Of a stretch of DNA of 64,000 bases, positions 51,850 through 64,000 are shown in pieces. Under the pieces are notes generated by a model. The model saw only the letters and a list, made by a program, of their open reading frames with translations, did no database searches and was not told the DNA's origin. Within the stretch, counting starts at the first letter, position 1; every line of letters begins with the position of its first letter. The translations under genes were made by a program, and so were the position numbers. Source of the stretch: Octopus vulgaris. Lineage: Eukaryota. Where the stretch lies: the NCBI GenBank assembly GCA_951406725.2, contig OX597826.1:36332001-36396000 (forward strand). Direction: 5' to 3'.

Positions 51850-51902
51850 TTTGAAGGATATTCTACATTGATAAAAATATCTTGATGCAAATCAAACAGC
51901 AG
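51850..51902 (+). other. Candidate 53-nt exon (non-coding or terminal coding)
   Basis: cttatttcag acceptor and a perfect CAG|gtaagt donor. Stops in all three frames. Confidence 0.35.
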
Positions 51903-52246
51903 GTAAGTAAAATATATCCCTTCCTAAAATCTTGGAGTGTGCAATTGAAGCAGCATTAGATTAAAATAGGCAAATTTGTATTGTACTCAACATATATAGA
52001 CCAATGAAAGATGTGACGCTGTAGCTTTTTTCTGAGAAGAAATCTTTACATGGATATGATGTGTTAAAAAGCTCAATATCTAAGTTCAGATATGGGTGTG
52101 TGGTAAGAGGTTTTCTTCATAACCACATGGATCCAGGTTCAGTTCAATTGCATGGCACCTTGGGTGAGTGTCTTCTACTATAGCCTCAGGCCAACCAAAG
52201 CCTTGTGAATGGATTTGGTAGATGGAAACTAAAAGAAGCCCATCAC

Positions 52247-52285
<39 letters not shown>

Positions 52286-52449
52286 GAAATTGAGGTTATG
52301 AAAAGTAATGGTGTCAAGGAGACCCAAAGGTGTCAGGTAAGGCTGAGTAAGTGCTATGAACTGACTATAGTTAAGCTCCATGTTTGGTGATTATGCAAAT
52401 GAGGAGTCCAACGTAGATCATGTATTAGCATGCATATATATAAAAAAAC

Positions 52450-52541
52450 TAACAGAATGAGATAAAAATCCAAGGCTGTTAAAGATTTCAGAACATTAGA
52501 ACATGAAATCTTTCACAGCCTTGGATTTTTATCTCACTCTG

Positions 52542-52544
<3 letters not shown>
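52450..52544. repeat. Inverted repeat: 41-bp arms (2 mismatches), 13-nt loop, flanked by (TA)n
   Basis: taacagaatgagataaaaatccaaggctgttaaagatttca / tgaaatctttcacagccttggatttttatctcactctgtta. Confidence 0.95.
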
Positions 52545-52600
<56 letters not shown>

Positions 52601-52603
<3 letters not shown>

Positions 52604-53000
52604 TTTATCCTTTACTTGTTTCTCTCATTAGACTGCAGCCATGCTGGGGACACCACCTTGAAGAATTTATTTTGGTCAGTCAAAGCGAACACAGGACTTA
52701 TGTTTTCTTTTTTAAAAGCTGGTACTTATTCTATCAATTTATTTTTTGCCAAACTGCTAAGTCACAGGGGCATAAACACACCGATACTGGTTGTCAAATG
52801 GTGGTAGGGGACAAACAGAGACACACACAAACACACAAGTACAAGATAGCCTTCTTTCAGTTTCTGTCTACCAAATCCACTTGCAAGACTGGTTGGCCCA
52901 AGACTATAGCAGAAGACACTTGCCCTAGGTTTCATGTAGTGGGACTGAACCCTGAACCATGTGGTTGGGAAGCAAGCTTCTTACCACACAGCCAAGCCTG
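52601..53000 (-). mobile_element. SINE family A, antisense, nested in another SINE A
   Basis: Full-length reverse-complement match. Confidence 0.88.
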
Positions 53001-53033
53001 TGTCTGTATGTATATATACATATACATGTGTGC

Positions 53034-53065
<32 letters not shown>

Positions 53066-53573
53066 TTGTCTTTGTGTTCATGTTTGTTCCCCATCACTGC
53101 TAGAGAACTAGTGTTGGTGTGTTAGGATTTTCCCTGTAACTTAGTGGTTCAGCAAAATAGACTGGTAGAATAAGTATCAGGTTTTAACAAGAAATAAGTG
53201 CTGAAGTCAATCCTTCAAGGCGGTGCTCCAGCTTGGGCACAATCTGTTGACTGAAACGAGTATGAGATAAAAAGTATATTGGAATGTGAGGAACATCTGC
53301 CCAGATGTGAATGCCAGATATATTTTGGCCTTTTGGTTCGGTTGTCAATGGTATGTACATGATAGTCACATGCCTAAACAGAATCAGTTCCCTTTAATAT
53401 ATAAAAAATAGAAAACAATAGACTCAATAATGCTACAGAATACCTGTTGAGCTTCTCTCAGACAAAAACCACAGCATCTTGCCTTTCAACTGTGTACTTA
53501 CATTAAAGTATGATACTTAGATAGCTATATTGTTTTATATTTAGATAGAGTAAGAAAGAGAGACAGAGAGAAT

Positions 53574-53614
<41 letters not shown>

Positions 53615-54276
53615 GTGAGAGAAAGAAAGCATGATATAGCAAGAATGGGTAAGTGAGAAAAATTGTTCTTGTTCTTTTGCTTTTTCTCTACTTTGTCTTC
53701 TTAAATGCCTTTGTCAGCCACAGTCATGACGACCATGATGACAATGACTACAACCACCACCATCTCCATCACCATCTCCACCACCATCTCCACCACCATC
53801 TCCACCACTATCTCCACCACCATCTCCACATCTCTAAAATACACGCTGCTACTGCAACTGTTGTTGCTGTTAATGTTTGTGTTGAGCATGCTTATAAATT
53901 TCCTTTTGTTTTCATTGTCTAAACGTTTATTTAATTCTTCCTGTGAATTTATCTTCTTTTCAAACAACAACAGGAAATTGTAAAAGTTAAATTAAACTAC
54001 CTTCAATATCGAAATAAAAACCTCGATTGTAACATAATTTCCCCAATAAGAAATATCACAAAATTATTAACTTGCTCACAAAGAACATTTGTCACTCAAT
54101 AATATTATTGCATTCTTACCAAATACTTAAGATTTTCAGATCAATATAGAAAATAGATGACAGAGAAGAAACAAAGATGTTTTCTTTTGCTTTTCAGAAA
54201 TGAATAAATTAACACCACCACCGCCAACAACAACAACAAAAAACAACCAAAAAGCAACAACAACAACAACAGCAAC

Positions 54277-54329
<53 letters not shown>

Positions 54330-54330
<1 letters not shown>

Positions 54331-54735
54331 CATCATCATCATCATCATTTAGCATCCGCTTTCCATGCTAGCATGGGTCGGATGGTTCAACTGGGGTCTG
54401 GGAAGCCAGCAGGCTTTACCAGGCCCAGTCTGATCTGGCAATGTTTCTACGGCTGGATGCCCTTCCTAACGCCAACCACTCCGTGAGTGTAGTGGGTGCT
54501 TTTTACGTGCCAGACGAGGCTGGCAAACGGCCACGATCGGATGGTGCTTTTTACGTGCCACCGGCACGGAGGCCAGATGAGGCTGGCAATGGCCACAACC
54601 AGATGGTGCTTTTTATGTGCCACCGGCACAGAGGCCAGTCGGGGTGGTGCTGGCAACGGCCACATTCAGAAGGTTCTCTTACGTGCCACCGGCACTGGTA
54701 TCATAGCTACAATTTCCATTGATGTTGATTGATTT
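54330..54735 (-). mobile_element. Family F element with minisatellite
   Basis: Homologous to 9682-10130. Confidence 0.82.
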
Positions 54736-54741
54736 CAATAC

Positions 54742-54780
<39 letters not shown>

Positions 54781-54797
54781 TCATAATAATAATAATA

Positions 54798-55311
54798 CCC
54801 TGATGCAGTACCATGCACTGGCTCTCATGACTGCTGATCTTAACTGAATGGAAGTGTTAACGGATATATGTTTTGCTTTAGTATAAAAGACAGGCAACAG
54901 TAAATATTCTGCTCCATACCACAGATTTGCTTGTCAGTTATCTGACCTTAATGAATTGAGCATGTCCCTAGGTGGGTGACAATATGAGCATCTCTGATTA
55001 CGAGCAGTAGTGGGGGTAACATCATGAATATATGTTGAAAGAAATTCTTTGCGCTTTGAATAATTCACCTTTGGAAACATAGGTGTTTCATTAATCATCC
55101 CTAAACAACTTTTATTCAGGGCCCATTTGGGTGGGGCAGGTTCCTCTACCAAATGAAGATTCTAACTGGGATCCACCTGCAAGGTCATGCTCTGCTGACT
55201 TTGATATGAAGTCACCATGTCACACACAGATGGGTAATCATAATGGCTATATTAGGCTTTGTATATCTGTACTCCAGCATCACTTTAATGGTGTGTGCTG
55301 CTCTTTCATTC
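54798..55311 (+). mobile_element. Family G, second (more diverged) copy in (AAT)n
   Basis: Reverse complement of 11301-11848 with small deletions. Confidence 0.8.
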
Positions 55312-55368
<57 letters not shown>

Positions 55369-55579
55369 CTTTACCACTAAAGGCACAAGGCCTGAAATTC
55401 AGGGGGATGGTATAGTCGATTGCATCAACCTGTGTTTCACTGGTACTTAATTTATTGACACCGAAAGAATGGAAGGCAAAATCAACCTTGGTGGAATTTG
55501 AACTCAGATCATAAAGATGGATGAAATGCCATTAAGCATTTTGCCCAGCATGCTAACAATTCAGCCAACTCACACCCTT
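55369..55579 (-). mobile_element. SINE family B between (AAT)n tracts
   Basis: Reverse complement of the B consensus. A further 3' fragment lies at 56081-56190. Confidence 0.82.
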
Positions 55580-55612
55580 AATAATAATAACAACAACAAC
55601 AACAACAACAAC

Positions 55613-55648
<36 letters not shown>

Positions 55649-55670
55649 GATAATAATAAAGATAATAATA

Positions 55671-56031
55671 ACAAGCGCACTCAGAGAGCTCAAACTTCCA
55701 CCAAAGCAACACCAACGTCTTCTCAACTATTAGCCAGAGATGATTTCTGAAATGAGAATATCTGAAATAAACTCGTCTGCTCTCACAAACGAGAATACTA
55801 AAAATGAACCTGACCACTCTCAAAAATTAAGTAGAAAAAATAGGAAAGATAATCCAGAATCCTTGTCTGCTACTGAATTGCTCCCAAAATCTAATCAGTT
55901 TGTGTCAGTCACGAGACCAAGCATCCCTGAAAGTCTTGTCCAAATCCATCCAGTGGTGCTTGAGATATCTTGTCCATGGACACACAAACAAACATGACTG
56001 AAAACAATATCTCCACTTTCGCTAAGACGGA

Positions 56032-56034
<3 letters not shown>
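55671..56034 (+). mobile_element. DINE-1/HINE-like non-autonomous (Helentron-type) element
   Basis: Terminal hairpin atctccacttt-cgct-aagacggaggt (56009-56034). A subterminal copy of its arm, acttccacc, lies at 55694-55702. Short (ACAA)n before the hairpin. No TSD. Confidence 0.5.
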
Positions 56035-56082
<48 letters not shown>

Positions 56083-56964
56083 CCTTTCTATTATAGGCTA
56101 TTATAGGCACAGACCAAAAATTTGGTGGGAGGGGACCAGTCAATTTAATCAATCCCATTGTTTCAGTGGTACTTAATTTAGCAACTCCAAAAGCACAATA
56201 TTCCTTTTGTTTTTGTTCAAGATTTTAGCTCAACTATTAACTACACTTGGCAATTTGAAGAGCAATGAATATAGAACAAATAGACACTTCTTCCAGACTC
56301 CTACCTACTCCTGGTCTCAGCTCATTTAAACAGTTTTTCCTCTTTGTTTTGACTGCCCCGACTTTTCTTGTCCCTTCCTCATCACTGCATCATGGTGTCT
56401 GCTTGGAGGATATTACTACTAACAGTACTGATCATGACCTGTGACTGATTCTGTGGTGAGCAAGAAAACGCATCCTGGATCTCCAGCATTTTAGCTCAAT
56501 CAAATTTGAAGTAATTTCATTAGTTTCCATTATAGCAATTCTCAGAGCTATGATCAGTAATAATCTGCAAGCAACAGTCGTTGCAGCCATGCTTTTCAAG
56601 TCTCGACTAATTGTTGCTGCTGTTGTTGTTGTCGGCCAAATTTTTTTTTTTTTGTTTTCTTTTATCTTTCCTTTCCTCCAGCAGAATGCCTTCAAGAGCA
56701 ACCATCAATTATAGAAAAAAAAAGAAGACTTTCCAGTGTGGCCGTTAGTTATTATAAGTTTCTTCCCAGTGTTAGGTTGTTTGTGAAGGCAATGACTACA
56801 CTAAAGTTTAATTGAGTTTTTCAAACATTTCATTAACCCATATCGTTATATTTATAAGTGTACATCAGTGAATTAATAGAACAAAGTGGAACAAACATAA
56901 CATTTAAGAATCTTCTGTAATACAATTTGCAGGAGAATATCAAGAAACTATTGCTCAGATGCTA

Positions 56965-57152
56965 AACTGGGCAAAAAGCTTGGCAATATTTCATTTCTCT
57001 TTATGTCCTTGGTTCAAATTCTGCCAAGATCATCTTTACCTTTCATCCTTTTGGGGGTAAATAAAATGAATACCAGTTACGCACTGGGGTCGATGTAATC
57101 GACTTACCTCCTTCCCTCAAATTCCTGACCTTGTGCCAAAATTTGAAATCAA
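56965..57152 (+). mobile_element. SINE family B, head degraded
   Basis: Core cctttcatccttttgggg..taccagttacgcactggggtcgatg and tail. Confidence 0.8.
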
Positions 57153-58147
57153 TATTAAAAAGCAGAGCAGGGTGTTTAAATCGATGCACATAATTGATAT
57201 ACATTAAGGTTAGTGCTTCTTGTTAAGTATGGCATAAACATGTTAAATAAAAATAAAAGTGAAACTGTTGGAGAGAAATTAACTCACTGGCACCAGTGAC
57301 ATACATTCTTCTAAATGGCTGAGTGACTCTCTGATCCGAAGTTAAATTGGAAGCCTTTATAGCTGTAAGCCAGCTTCTAAGTTCTTTGAGCAGACTGTTT
57401 GGTGGGGAAACCCACTAACTTTGATGTTTGCCATCTCCACTTTCATTAATAAGTCAGTCAGTGCAAAAGTGATTGAATTTTATTCACATAAACATTAATA
57501 ACTTTCCTTGTTATATATTTCTTTCTATGGCCACACAGTAAATTGTGATTCTGAACTGAGAAAACTTAGAGAGTTATGGTTCAAAATGCAGCAGGGGGCT
57601 TGCTACACTATTAAAGGTTAAAAAAAAAGATAATGGAACATCTATCTAGAATCTGTCTATTAGAAATAGCAGTTGAATTATGCTCAGATCATACCACATC
57701 ATCTTCAACAAAAAGAGAAAACAGAAAATGTACCTGGAGCAAACAGATATTGTCCAAGACAGATATTGTGAGAGACTAAAAAAATTATATGCTCCTAGCT
57801 GGAATATATTTTATCATAAGTCTTCTCAATCAAGTCTGTCCTGAGGCAAAACAACACTGACGAAGTCTTTCTGGTAATAAGTGGCTATACAGGTTTTGCA
57901 TTGAACTTGGCCAACTATGGAATCTTGGTCCTAAACATGATAATAACTATTTAGTATGTGCCCTCAGGCAGGCTTCTTCAGTGGACAATTTCTAGTTATT
58001 AAGTTGGAAACTTTTTATCATTTTAATATTCTGAAACTATAGGAAGGAGCTATTAAATATATATTCCATTTTATTTCGCAAGCGTTTTATTACTTTGCTG
58101 GGCAATATAAAATTGAAAAGATTCATGTATCCGCATGTGAACGTCTA

Positions 58148-58861
58148 AGATATATATGTATATATATACATACATTCATACATATATACATATGTGTGTG
58201 TGTGTACATATATATACACAAGTATATACATATATACACACACACACACATACATATATATACAAACATACATATATACATATACATATATATATATATG
58301 TATGTATATACATGTACATATATATATATGTGCATGTATACATGCATATATACATACATATACACACATATGTATATATATTGGTGTGTGTACATCTATA
58401 TAGAGAGATAGATAGATAGATAGATAAATAGGATAGGATAGGATAGAATAGGATAGGATAGGTGGGATAGATAGAGAGAGGGAAAAACAGAGAGTTATAT
58501 AGTGGTATATAAATATATGTAATTAAGTGAGGGTATGGAAATTACTACACTTCTATCTATATGACTATATATGAAAATATGTATATGAATATGCATGTTT
58601 GTACATATATATGTATGTGTGTGTGTGTTTAGTTATATACATAGATACATATATGTGTTTGTGTGTGTCTGTTTAGTTAAAATGTACATATATATATATA
58701 CACACATATATGCATAGATACATGTATATATATATAGGTGTATCTAAACATATATATATATATACATATTGATATTACATTTTATGTATATATCTATATA
58801 TATATATATATATATATGTATATAAGTGTATGTTTTATATTATATATTATATATTATATTG

Positions 58862-58900
<39 letters not shown>

Positions 58901-59065
58901 GTGTATACATATATATATATATACATATGAGTGTATAGACAGATATGTCTATTTATTCATGTTTTCAATAGTTTCTACCAGCAATAAGATAATAAATGTA
59001 AATAGGAAGGAAATGGAAAAGAAAGATTAGGAGATAAGGCTGGATGAAGAGAGAGAACAAAGGGG

Positions 59066-59135
<70 letters not shown>

Positions 59136-59440
59136 CTGATAGGTACATGTATACTTAGAACTGTAATTACACATATATTTATAGGTAAATATATATTCAC
59201 AAGCATACATACATACATACATATACATATATGAATATATGTGTATGTATATGCATGCACACATGCACTTACATAGACGTAGATGAGAGAGTGAAAGTAA
59301 TTATAACCAGAAAGACAGGAAATATTGACACTGAGAGAAGAAGAAGGAGAAAGAGTTTATCTAATAAAAAGATAGGGAAAATATCTCGGTGCATATATAT
59401 ATACATACACATAGATACATACATACATATATATATATAT

Positions 59441-59504
<64 letters not shown>

Positions 59505-59606
59505 GTATATGTATATATAGATAGATAGATACATACATACATACATACATACATATACACTCATATATATATACATATATATATCTATGTACGTATATGC
59601 ATGCAC

Positions 59607-59675
<69 letters not shown>

Positions 59676-59771
59676 TACGCTCGCTCATATATATACATCT
59701 TGTCTTTCTTTCACTATCTTTTTCTGTATATGCCTCTTTCCTCCCTCTCTCTCTCTCTCTATTTATATATG

Positions 59772-59825
<54 letters not shown>

Positions 59826-59885
59826 CTCATATACATACACAAACACACATATATATTTATATACACCCACACACACATATATGGG
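58148..59885. repeat. Dense cluster of (TA)n/(CA)n/(GA)n/(GATA)n microsatellites
   Basis: Source of the many YI/HT/CV pseudo-ORFs. Confidence 0.93.
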
Positions 59886-60164
59886 CATTTGTTTATAGTC
59901 AATCTGTCTGTGAGTACATGTATAAATGTAAATTTATGTGTATAATTGCTTTTTATTAATCTTGTAGAAACAGGATTTATTAGTGAAAAAATCTGATTAT
60001 CAAAGAATGAAATTAAAATTAAGAGTATAAATTTTTTATAAACTCATTTTTTATTGTTGAAATGATGCAAATAACTAATTTATAAATGTCATATACACAT
60101 AAAGTAATTTGTTGCTATATATAAAATATCACATATAAAGAAGATCAGATTATATGTGTTTCCT

Positions 60165-60212
<48 letters not shown>

Positions 60213-60954
60213 TTTGTATGCATGCCTTTCACAAAAATAGTGCTGACAGTAACTTTGAAGTTTTGGCCTGCTTACCCTTTGTTAGACTGTGGAGCATTTG
60301 TGTTAATCTTGGTTTTATATGGTGTCTGGTTTTTATTATCATTTTTTTTCTGGGATAATTGGAATTCTGTTCAATGATAATTAGGCTGAAGGCTAAATTC
60401 TACCTGAAAGATATTATAGAAGTTTTGCTTAATTAAATTTGGTGTTGTGTTATCATTAAGAGTTCAACCACGTGAATACAATTTTTGTAACCAGGTATGT
60501 CTATTTAAGTGTGTCAGCTTCAGGTTTTGACAACGTTTTTATTTTTTTGGTGGGGGGTTCACGAAAGAACATAGATGGGTGTAAAGATTAGGTGCTCAGC
60601 AAATGTGTAACCAGGCATGCATGTCGATGGTATTTGAACATGAATGGGATTTTACCTGTCTGTTTTTGGAAAACGGAGATTATTGCTGAGCATTCAGCCA
60701 AGCATCCAAGATGTCTTCATGTGCATACTGCTCCTTTTTATTCACCCTTCCACTTTCTGCATGTACCTTGTTCTCAGTTTTCCACATAATGACTCTTGTA
60801 CCAGTGTTCTGATGTGCAAATTGAATAGGCCACTTGCTCAGAGCATGGAGATTGTTCAGAGATACAAGGTGTGTTATGAAACAACCTGCCTAGACAAGTG
60901 TCTTCAAAGCAAGAAACTAATAGTTGCCTGTATTTTTATACTGTGTACATTAAA

Positions 60955-61420
60955 TAGTGGCTGTGTGGTAAGTAGCTTGCTTACCAACCACATCGTTCCA
61001 GGTTCAGTCCCATCATGTGGCACCTTATGAGTGGGACCAAATCCACTTGTGAGTGGATTTGGCAGAAGGAAGCTGAAAGGAAGTTGTTGTATATATATAT
61101 ATATATATATGCATGTATGTATGTATGTATGTATGTATGTATGTATGTATGTATGTATGTATGTATGTATGTATGTATGCATGTATGTATATATATATAT
61201 ATATGTATATATATGTGTATATTTGTGTCTGTATTTGTCCTTACATCATCACTTGACAACCAATGTTGGTATGTTTACATCCTGTGGCCTAGTGGTTCAG
61301 CAAAAGAATAAGTACTAGACTTACAAACAATAAGTCCAGGGATTAATTTATTTGACTAAAGGTGGTGCTCCACCATGGCCACATGTAGCAAGTAAAACAA
61401 GTAAAAGAATAAAAGAAAAA
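60955..61420 (+). mobile_element. SINE family A with internal deletions
   Basis: Head gtggctgtgtggtaagtagc, internal (TATG)n, tail ggtggtgctccaccatggccac. Confidence 0.85.
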
Positions 61421-63166
61421 GAAAATATATGTGTGTGTATATGTACAATATATGCATGCATGTAAGTATGTATATACGTATGTATGTAATTATGTATGTA
61501 TGTTTGTATTATGTATGTATGTATGTGTATGTATGTATGTATGTATGTATGGTATGTATGGTATGTATGTATGCATGTATGCATTTATGTATGTATATCC
61601 CTGATATAGATATGAGAAGGCAATAGTTGAAGTGAGGACGCAATGGATAGGACACCTCCCTTATTTTAATAAGAAGCTCAACAAAGAGCTTGGCTGCCTC
61701 ACATATATCGATACATGTCGCTGGCTTAGTATTCAGAATTCTAAAGGAGAGACATACCAAATGAATTGTTTGTTGGGACACCAGATACAGAGCAGAAACT
61801 CTTGTGCTGTTTGCTTCAACATGCTGCTTTCTGCTTTCAGATCTTCCTCAGGCACATGTTGCTTTCTATCCTTTTGGTGGAGGTTGATATTTAATGGAGC
61901 AATCCAGTGTATAAGATTCATGGAACTAAAGGGAATAGGATAAGCTTTTTTGGAGGTATCTCTTCAGGTTCACAGTACTTTGAATTTACAATTTGTTACC
62001 TGTCACTCACCTTGCTGTGTTGCGAAACAGGGCTTTTGGAACCAAGGTCATGGTCAGGTGTTTTGATGCCTAGACTGAAGCAACATCTAAGTGATGCAGG
62101 TACAACAGTAAGCAGACATTGCACTCGAGTGTGACAAATGATTGAACAGATTAAATGAAATACATGTGTTATTCGAACTGATCAAAAATGTTGATAGACT
62201 TATTGCATTATATGCGTTAGTTTACACTTTACTTTAAAACTGGCAGCAGTTTATCGGAAAAGAATTCTTCACATGAAAAAGATTGGTCTGTAAAAGTTAG
62301 AGATTATCAAATCACGAAGAAAAAATTTAATTTATGAAACAGTCAAGTTGATTAACAATTAGAAAATCTGAATGTAACCATGTAGAGATTAGATTTATCT
62401 TTTTAGACATTCATAGTCGTTGACAATGGTATTCTTCACACTGCTATCTAGAAATGCAGTTATGTGCAAGTAATGCAATTTAGGAACCACATGTTTTTGC
62501 ACATGTAGGATATGAACATGCAAATATATACATGGTTGGCCATGGAAGTTGATGGTTGTTGTTAGTTTTTGGTTGTATGAACCAGTTTTATCCCTGACAA
62601 AATAATGGTTCATGCAACCAAATAAGAATGGTCTACAGAAATTGTTTTGAGAGGATATAATTCCTTATAGACCAATGTTCTTCATGTGATGCAATTCATC
62701 ACTTAGAATAATTGTTGCTACTTTTATTCTAAAATGCAAATTAACGTATTGAATGGAATGAGCCTAATTTTTTTATCAATTAAAATTACATTTATTGAAG
62801 ACAAAATACCATCATCAGTGTTAATAATAATTTTCATTGAGAAAGAAAAGGGAAGTAATTCTGAAATCAAATAATTTGTGATTTTTTTTTTGTAGTTTGT
62901 GTGTTTGAATGGTCTTTTTACAATATTTTACACCTTGAGAACATATATTCATATTAATGGCAAAAGATTTGAGGTATTGTTATTATTAATTAACCCCTAC
63001 TCAGCCCTCAGGCATCTGGCTTAAGATCAAAGACATTCTATCCATGCCCATCTTGACTTTTATACAAACATCATCATCCCCATCATCTCCACCACCACCA
63101 ATATTTCCACCACCACCAACATCTCCACCACTAACTTCCTCATTACCACTATCACCACCATCATAA

Positions 63167-63207
<41 letters not shown>

Positions 63208-64000
63208 CCATCACCCTCATGACCACCATTACTGTCATCATGTCATCACATCCGTCATCGTAGTTTAATATTTATTCTTCATACAGTTTGCAGTACAGAG
63301 CATTCCCAGACATGTCGACTGCCATTTACTGAGAATCTTCCAACACTATTATTCCACTAACGGTACCAATTACCATTGATGTTACCTGATAATGTCCAAA
63401 TCCTTTTCACCCTCGTTATGACAATTTTTTTCCTCATCCTGCAATTTATGCAATCACTGCACCAAACTAAGTGCAGTTGTTACCATACCAACCATGCAAC
63501 ATCCATTTTGTTTTATTACTTCCTGAAGATTTTTTTCTCAACTTCAACTTTTGCTTTTCCTCTCATGTGTCTCTAAGACTACATGTCCTTTTTCTTTTTT
63601 AAGGTAGTATAAGAAGATTTAACTGCTATTTCTAGCTGATCAAATATCAATAGCAAAGTAGAAGCTGAATGGTTGAAGAATTTGTGGTTTTGAATAATTA
63701 AATGAAAACTCATTTGAAACTAGTTGTCGGTGGGTTTTAAATGAAAACTTGAACCTTAATAGAAATATTCACTTTTAAAATACTGGAATTTTTATTGATT
63801 TCTCTTTGAATTTCATTATTTTCTTTTTAAATTAAATTTCGTTTCAAGTTTTGGTTCAAGTTTCTGGATATTTTTTTTTTTTTATGTAATTTGCTTAACT
63901 TTGCGACATTTTTCTCTTTTTTTTTCAATCCTAATTTCTATTTATGGAAATATTTTTATTTCTTCAATTTGAATTTCAAAGTTACAAAAGAAGTGAAAAC

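Larger units (their letters stand above)
52089..53272 (+). mobile_element. SINE family A (head 52089-52247, tail 53063-53272) with nested inserts
   Basis: Head and tail are collinear with the consensus and separated by (TA)n, a hairpin and an antisense SINE A. Confidence 0.8.

Noticed and set aside
58123-59945. Many overlapping YI/HT/CV-rich ORFs
   Set aside because: Dinucleotide repeats lack stop codons. These are artefacts, as elsewhere in the window.

Overview
AT-rich eukaryotic non-coding DNA, saturated with microsatellites ((TA)n, (CA)n, (TACA)n, (GA)n, (ATT)n, (GAT)n) and with several tRNA-headed SINE families. This landscape strongly resembles an Octopus/coleoid cephalopod genome (inference). 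I can support no intact host protein-coding gene. Nearly all long ORFs in the track are translated microsatellites or transposon relics. Relics recognised: HERO/NeSL-like and R4/Dong-like RLE retrotransposons, RTE and Tx1-like LINE 3' ends, Penelope-like elements (ORF remnants and two hammerhead ribozyme motifs), Tc1 (DD34E), mariner and maT-like DNA transposons, and a DINE-1/HINE-like element. The most notable structures are: (1) an RTE LINE with a twin-priming-type 5' inversion inside a SINE (40.6-42.0 kb); (2) hammerhead motifs at 8.7 and 31.6 kb; (3) a cluster of (TAA)n-embedded elements, including a non-coding ~550-bp family of unknown type; (4) a probable locally templated insertion at 21 kb; (5) a candidate Pol II promoter at ~43 kb, at the edge of a CpG-richer domain, with weak candidate short exons. 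SINE family labels A-H are my own working names. I found no evidence of a wholly new biological system beyond these transposon-related observations.
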